Source of the DNA: a virus
Strand: one strand, 5' to 3'
Length of the DNA: 64,000 bases
Virus record (IMG/VR): IMGVR_UViG_3300010373_000043
Location: 7,189 to 71,188 of that record
Under the pieces are notes generated by a model. The model ran no database searches, was not told where the DNA came from, and saw only the letters and a program-made list of their open reading frames with translations. Positions 59,490 to 64,000 of this stretch are shown here, piece after piece (position 1 is the first letter of the stretch; the number at the start of each line of letters is the position of its first letter). The position numbers and the translations under genes are program-made.

Positions 59490-60137
59490 TTATAGCGAAA
59501 CGACCTTGATGCGCTTTCTGCCGAGATTGGCGAGGGCGTCTGCAATCTCGTTTCCCTCGTGCCCGGCGTGTCCTTCGATGTGGTTGATCGTAATGACTGC
59601 ACCGCGAGCTGTGCGCTCGGCGAGGTCGAGCTTGATCGCCTCGGCAACTTCTTTGTTATCGATCTGCGTCTGGTTCCATGGCTTCGTCACCGAGCCGATG
59701 GCGTACTCTGAGTCGCTGTAGATGTTGATGTACGTGCTCATGTGCGGCACCGACTGCAATGCACGCCAGATCGCTCGTAGCTCGGCCAGATTGTTCGTGG
59801 CGTTGCCGATGTTCTCGGCGATGTAGAGAGGTCTGTGCCCATTCCGGTAAACAGCTACGCCGATCCCGGACGGCTTGTCCTTCGTGGTGCCGCTGCCGTC
59901 GGTGTAGGCGTAGACTGTTGCATCACGGTCGACGTAATCGACGAATACTCGATGAATGTCAGCCGGCGTGTACGACCGGTAGATCATCATACGATTGTCG
60001 ACGATGAATGCCCAGGGCTGCATGAAGAGAGCGGCTGGCAGGTTGCGCTGAGTCAGCTCGTGATTGAGCCAAACCAACGTGTCCCTCTTCCAGCCATTCT
60101 CGACGGCGAGGCGAGCTTGAACGCGATCGATTCCCAT
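59490..60137 (-). CDS. rnhA: Ribonuclease HI
   Basis: YTDGS, TNN.AEL.AI, YSDSEY, HIEGH.G..GNE.AD.LA; ATG 6 nt after element. Confidence 0.92.
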   Translation of the reverse strand: MGIDRVQARLAVENGWKRDTLVWLNHELTQRNLPAALFMQPWAFIVDNRMMIYRSYTPADIHRVFVDYVDRDATVYAYTDGSGTTKDKPSGIGVAVYRNGHRPLYIAENIGNATNNLAELRAIWRALQSVPHMSTYINIYSDSEYAIGSVTKPWNQTQIDNKEVAEAIKLDLAERTARGAVITINHIEGHAGHEGNEIADALANLGRKRIKVVSL

Positions 60138-60159
60138 GTACCGCTTATAGCGGATCGGG

Positions 60160-61026
60160 TTAGAGGACGCGGTCCAGCGACGTGAGGGCCTTCTTGCGCT
60201 CGATGGCATCGACGAAGTACTGGAGAACTTCATCGCGCTTCGTCGTGAGCAAGCGCTCGAACGAGTGGTTGTTCAGGTGCGCCCAGAGAGCGAAGAGCGT
60301 CTTGTGGCCGACGCTGTCCTCGTTGTCATTGCTGCCGCTGTTGAGATACGCGGCGAGCTTCTGGATGGCCGGGCTCGTCGAGGAAGCGGTCTTCAGCTCC
60401 TTCAGCAGCGTGCGCACGAGCACGGGGCGAGCCTCGGCGGCGATGGCGAACGCCGCCATAACCGGGGCGCGGCCGATGCCCGAGCGGGTCGTGACGATGT
60501 CGCACGTCATGCGGAGACCTTCGCTAAAGTCGTTGGCGATGCCTTCGATGAGCGAGAAGCTCATCTTCGTGCGGTGCGAGTTGAAGAGGAGGCGAATCGC
60601 GCGAGCACGAGCCATGAGAACGTTTCCGTTCTTCGTGTCGTACTTGATATTCCAGTCGTCGCCGTTCGTGCGCGGACGCTGACGATCGAACGTGCCCTGA
60701 ATGTCGGGCTCCAGGCCGAAGATCATGTCGACTTCCATCGTCACGCCCGACTGCACGATGGCCGAGAGACGGTGCTGACCATCGCGGAGAGCGCCTTCAC
60801 GATCGAACTTGACGCGCTCGCCATTGTCGCGCCACGCACCCGCCTTGATGTCGTTGACGTACGAGTCCACCGTCGCCTTCGAGATGTTGCGATTGTGGAT
60901 GTTGCAGGTTTCGAGGATGTACTTGGCGAGGGCCGGCGTGACCACGACGCGATCGAGCGTGGTGCGCGTGGCGTAGCGATACTTGAAGTTGATGGCGATC
61001 TGAGCGGTAACGATGTTCTTGTTCAT
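60160..61026 (-). CDS. ParB/Srx-like N-terminal domain protein
   Basis: VTP.LA..IL..N..NR.I, W..NGE, DGQHRL.A. Confidence 0.75.
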   Translation of the reverse strand: MNKNIVTAQIAINFKYRYATRTTLDRVVVTPALAKYILETCNIHNRNISKATVDSYVNDIKAGAWRDNGERVKFDREGALRDGQHRLSAIVQSGVTMEVDMIFGLEPDIQGTFDRQRPRTNGDDWNIKYDTKNGNVLMARARAIRLLFNSHRTKMSFSLIEGIANDFSEGLRMTCDIVTTRSGIGRAPVMAAFAIAAEARPVLVRTLLKELKTASSTSPAIQKLAAYLNSGSNDNEDSVGHKTLFALWAHLNNHSFERLLTTKRDEVLQYFVDAIERKKALTSLDRVL

Positions 61027-61111
61027 GGCAGTCTCCTGTTCGCTTTTTGGGCAGATCTCTGATCTGCGTTCATTGCCCTTATAGCGAATGTTTTGAGACT
61101 ACCTTTTGCCG

Positions 61112-61689
61112 CTAACTCTGCTGTAGGAGGTCGAGTAGATGCTTTGCCGCTTGCCGGCACGCACGCTTATCCGGCTGAGAACCAATGAGCAGTACGAGGA
61201 TTCGACTCAGCTCGGTCGGAGCCCATTCCACGCCACGCTCTTTAATGAAGAGCGGCAGCATGTTCATGGCAGTCATGGCGACGGAATCGCGGAGTGTGTT
61301 GCAACGCATGTGGAGGGCGCAGTCTCGCAGGCGCACGAGCGCGAGGAGCTGTGCCTTGGTGAGCATCTTATTGAGCTGCATGTCGTCCAGTATAATGTTC
61401 ATGCGAAGGCACGCACCTTCCTCATCCGGCACCAGTCGTCGATAGTGCGCAGCGCATTCGGGTCGAACGCTCGGCCATCCCAGTGCAACACGCGCCCGCA
61501 CGAGAGCTTGATGAAGTCTCCCGGCGTCAGATTTTCAGCGTTGTCGAAGATCCACTGCAAGACCGTGTTGTCGTCGTTCAGCGACGAGATGGAGCCGACA
61601 CTGTAACGACGGTCCTGAATGAGGTTGTGGTAGACAAGCGTCACAGCGTGATCGCCTTCACCATCCCGGAGAATGATCCACATCGCCAT
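61112..61689 (-). CDS. Two hypothetical proteins (61399..61689, 61112..~61402)
   Basis: AGGAGG SD; ATGA coupling. Confidence 0.6.
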
Positions 61690-61707
61690 AGGAGCCTCCT
61701 ACACTTC

Positions 61708-61736
61708 AGGATAGGGTAAGCCTAGGACGATGTCAA
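61708..61736 (-). promoter_or_regulatory. sigma70-type promoter TTGACA-17-TATCCT
   Basis: Consensus -35, 17-nt spacer, upstream of ORF 61399..61689. Confidence 0.75.
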
Positions 61737-61743
61737 TCCCTCG

Positions 61744-62157
61744 TTACCTATTTCGGTAGCGCTCCAGGATCCGTATGGCGTGCTTCTCGGCGTCTTCCTC
61801 GGAATAGTCGAGAGTCATGACGCGGAAGGCTCCTGTAGCAATCTGCGAAGCGTGGCGAAGCTCGTGCGCAGCGACGAGGACGACTTCCTCCTCGAACGAG
61901 CGCAATTCGACTTCTGGAGTGTGCGTGGTGTGGCGTGTCGTGTAAGGATACTTACACTTCTGAGAAAGCGACAGCTTGACGAGGATCGGCTCGCCGGCTC
62001 GCTCGCGTCCCGTCCATCCCTGCGTTACCTTGCCGCTTTCCTTTCGGTCAGCGACGTACAAGGTTGTGGGATAATTGATGTTGTACTGGTCCGCTACCCA
62101 CTTGAGAAGAGGTAAAACGGAATCGTCGGGACGCCTCGACTCGTTAAAGGTCTTCAC
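61744..62157 (-). CDS. HExxH zincin-like protein
   Basis: VAAHELRHASQ ... E.DAE. Confidence 0.65.
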   Translation of the reverse strand: MKTFNESRRPDDSVLPLLKWVADQYNINYPTTLYVADRKESGKVTQGWTGRERAGEPILVKLSLSQKCKYPYTTRHTTHTPEVELRSFEEEVVLVAAHELRHASQIATGAFRVMTLDYSEEDAEKHAIRILERYRNR

Positions 62158-62178
62158 GTCCCTCTTGTAGCGAATCTT

Positions 62179-62652
62179 CTAAGTTTTCCAGGTAACTCTT
62201 CGGATTAACTTACCTATAGTTTCCTTGCAAACTCCATATTCAGCGGCTAAATGCTCTTGACTTACATCGCCCGATGCATATCGCTGTCTGATCACATCGG
62301 CGATTTGGTGGTTGAGTTTGCGAGCGCCGCTGACCTTGGCCGCATGACGCGGACCTCTGGACTGACGAGATTTGTTGACCATATCGTCTACATTCTCTTG
62401 ACTCGTACCGAGAAACAGATGGTCTGGATTGACGCAAGATCGAATGTCGCAACGATGGAGCACTTGAAGTGCTTTGTCCTGAGGTACGCGGTTTGCGATT
62501 CCATACGAAAATCGGTGGGCCGATACGAGGATTCCATTGGCCCAAAATAGGCCATATCCAGAATTATTCTTAGCGGCAGTCCACAACCAGCAGCCTGCTG
62601 GCGAATACTGAGCGCGATCTACTTTACTCCAAAATCGCGACTCAGTATCCAT
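62179..62652 (-). CDS. HNH homing endonuclease with C-terminal HTH
   Basis: FWSKVD..GCWLWT, VLHRCD..CVNPDHLFLGT; close paralogue of 26631..27089. Confidence 0.92.
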   Translation of the reverse strand: MDTESRFWSKVDRAQYSPAGCWLWTAAKNNSGYGLFWANGILVSAHRFSYGIANRVPQDKALQVLHRCDIRSCVNPDHLFLGTSQENVDDMVNKSRQSRGPRHAAKVSGARKLNHQIADVIRQRYASGDVSQEHLAAEYGVCKETIGKLIRRVTWKT

Positions 62653-62657
62653 TGCGA

Positions 62658-63116
62658 TTAACGAACGGGAACGCCCGGCATGGTGAAGCCGGTCTTGGTC
62701 GACGCCTGCACGGCCGGAGTCGGCACGTTGACGGTCGTCTGACCATCGAGCTGATCGGCGAGGGCGCGGATCTGCTTCACGAGACGCGGAACGCGGCGAG
62801 CGTACGAGCGCTTCGTGTCGTCGGCGGTCGTGGTGAGGTCGATGACCGCTTGCTGCAAGCTCGCCGGCAACTGCGTGACGGTGAGGCCCAGCGTGAGAGC
62901 GAGCACGACGTTCGGATCGGTCTCGTCGACGACGACGCGCGGAGTGAGGCCGGCTGCGTTCACGAGGTAGCCGGTGATGTCACCGGACGTGCCGTTGCGG
63001 TACAGGCTGATGCCCTGATTGCCGAAGAACGGCTTGGCTTCGCCGCGCTCGATTGCGTTGGCGAGATTGCGCGCCGTGAAGGCGAGCAAGGTTTGCTTCT
63101 GAGTACGATTCATCAT
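62658..63116 (-). CDS. Hypothetical protein, paralogue of 22578..23135
   Basis: Own element and AT-rich leader; shared motifs. Confidence 0.7.
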   Translation of the reverse strand: MMNRTQKQTLLAFTARNLANAIERGEAKPFFGNQGISLYRNGTSGDITGYLVNAAGLTPRVVVDETDPNVVLALTLGLTVTQLPASLQQAVIDLTTTADDTKRSYARRVPRLVKQIRALADQLDGQTTVNVPTPAVQASTKTGFTMPGVPVR

Positions 63117-63164
63117 TGTTTGCTCCGAATAAAATAAAGGATAGACGTAGCTCTTATAGCGAAT

Positions 63165-63752
63165 CTACGGCTTGTACCGACGGAGGACTTCCGCTGCTTC
63201 CATGATAATGTCTTGAGCCTTGAGGGCACTATCTGCCGCACTCTCAAGCTGCGTGATACGCGTTGCCTGACGCTGCGAACGCGCCTTCAAATCGTCACGC
63301 TCTTGGCGAATCTGATTCAACTCGAACGTGAGTGAATCGACCGTGTCGCTGAATTGGCTGATCTCGCCGGTAGCGGTTGCGAGTCGCTTCTTCATGTCCT
63401 CGTAAACGAGAACGGTCTGGTTGTGCTGATTGACCATCTCACGCACAACGGACTCGCAGCGAATTGCTTCGCCAATGAAAGCGAAGGCGCAATTCCAACG
63501 GACTTCGAGATCACGCTGGTCATCGCTGTTGAATGCGTCGACGATCTTGAGCAGCGAGCGACGGAGGTCATCCTTCTGCTCTGAGCGAGAGCGCACTTCA
63601 GCACGTAGCTGGCCTTCGAGCTGCGCGATCTTCGTCAACTGCTCTTCGCACTGACGATCCTTCGCGAGGAATGCCTTCTTCGTTTGCGTCAATTCTTCTG
63701 TGAGAACCTTGTTGCTGTTCTCCAGCTCATCCATACGATTTACGAGATACAT
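63165..63752 (-). CDS. Coiled-coil protein
   Basis: Heptad-rich, coupled to the dut stop. Confidence 0.65.
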   Translation of the reverse strand: MYLVNRMDELENSNKVLTEELTQTKKAFLAKDRQCEEQLTKIAQLEGQLRAEVRSRSEQKDDLRRSLLKIVDAFNSDDQRDLEVRWNCAFAFIGEAIRCESVVREMVNQHNQTVLVYEDMKKRLATATGEISQFSDTVDSLTFELNQIRQERDDLKARSQRQATRITQLESAADSALKAQDIIMEAAEVLRRYKP

Positions 63753-64000
63753 TACTTGCCTGTTGAGCCGAAGCCACCGGCACCGCGCTGCGTATCGGTC
63801 AACTCGTCTACGACGACGATTGTTGCCTGAGGAGCGCGAGCGATGACCATCTGTGCAATGCGGTCGTTTGCCTTCGCTTCCCAGCGATGCGGACCGAGGT
63901 TGATGAGAATCACGCCCACTTCGCCGCGATAGTCCGCGTCGACCGTGCCCGGCGTATTGAGCACGGTGATGTTTTGCTTGAGAGCGAGCCCGGAGCGAGG
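63752..64000 (-). CDS. dut: dUTPase (5' end outside window)
   Basis: [36 protein letters not shown]. Confidence 0.95.
   Translation of the reverse strand, partial: PRSGLALKQNITVLNTPGTVDADYRGEVGVILINLGPHRWEAKANDRIAQMVIARAPQATIVVVDELTDTQRGAGGFGSTGK

Larger units (their letters stand above)
4713..63163. repeat. Dispersed phage promoter-like element CGCTATAAG (plus-strand CTTATAGCG), 22 exact + 2 variant copies
   Basis: CTTATAGCG starts at 4713, 8214, 8294, 21679, 22251, 23154, 24160, 25335, 26107, 26374, 26630, 27096, 47840, 50485, 52708, 54153, 54573, 59489, 60144, 61078, 63153. Opposite orientation at 57027-57040. Variants at 19701 (CTTTTAGCG) and 62164 (CTTGTAGCG). All lie just upstream of a co-oriented start codon. 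Confidence 0.92.

Noticed and set aside
59490-60233. Longer ORF-track starts for RNase H (60233), cca (54057), SLOG (48311), coaD (20686), EndoVII (41146)
   Set aside because: They overlap upstream genes or promoter elements; shorter starts fit motif spacing, SD sites or coupling
4713-63163. CTTATAGCG repeats as a CRISPR array or integron attC sites
   Set aside because: Short, irregularly spaced, separated by whole genes, no palindromic attC structure, no cas or integrase in the window
1-64000. Stop-codon reassignment (alternative genetic code)
   Set aside because: Known enzymes are full-length under code 11 and TAA, TAG and TGA all terminate genes

Overview
A 64-kb slice of a large, GC-rich contractile-tailed (myovirus-type) phage genome. 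Weak hints point to a Myxococcota-like host. Plus-strand blocks encode two tRNA-Pro genes, tail chaperones, tape measure, baseplate, fibre/tailspike and an M15 endolysin. They alternate with dense minus-strand blocks of small non-structural genes: AAA ATPases, ClpP-like protease, RlaP-like nucleotidyltransferase, CoaD, L7/L12-domain proteins, a ClpX zinc finger, Nudix, TPM, SLOG, KptA/Tpt1, peptide deformylase, CCA-adding enzyme, an ART-like protein, RNase H, HNH nucleases and dUTPase. The strongest unexplained signal is regulatory. (i) There are 22 exact and 2 variant copies of a CGCTATAAG element (extended consensus AGAT(T/C)CGCTATAAG-N5-Y-R) at gene junctions. In 11 copies the start codon sits exactly at the predicted +1 (leaderless mRNA), and in 13 the element supplies the upstream gene's stop codon. 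(ii) A different motif, CAATCT(T), precedes structural genes. (iii) Five host sigma70-type promoters drive a few isolated genes. All protein assignments come from motif recognition by eye; no database search was run.
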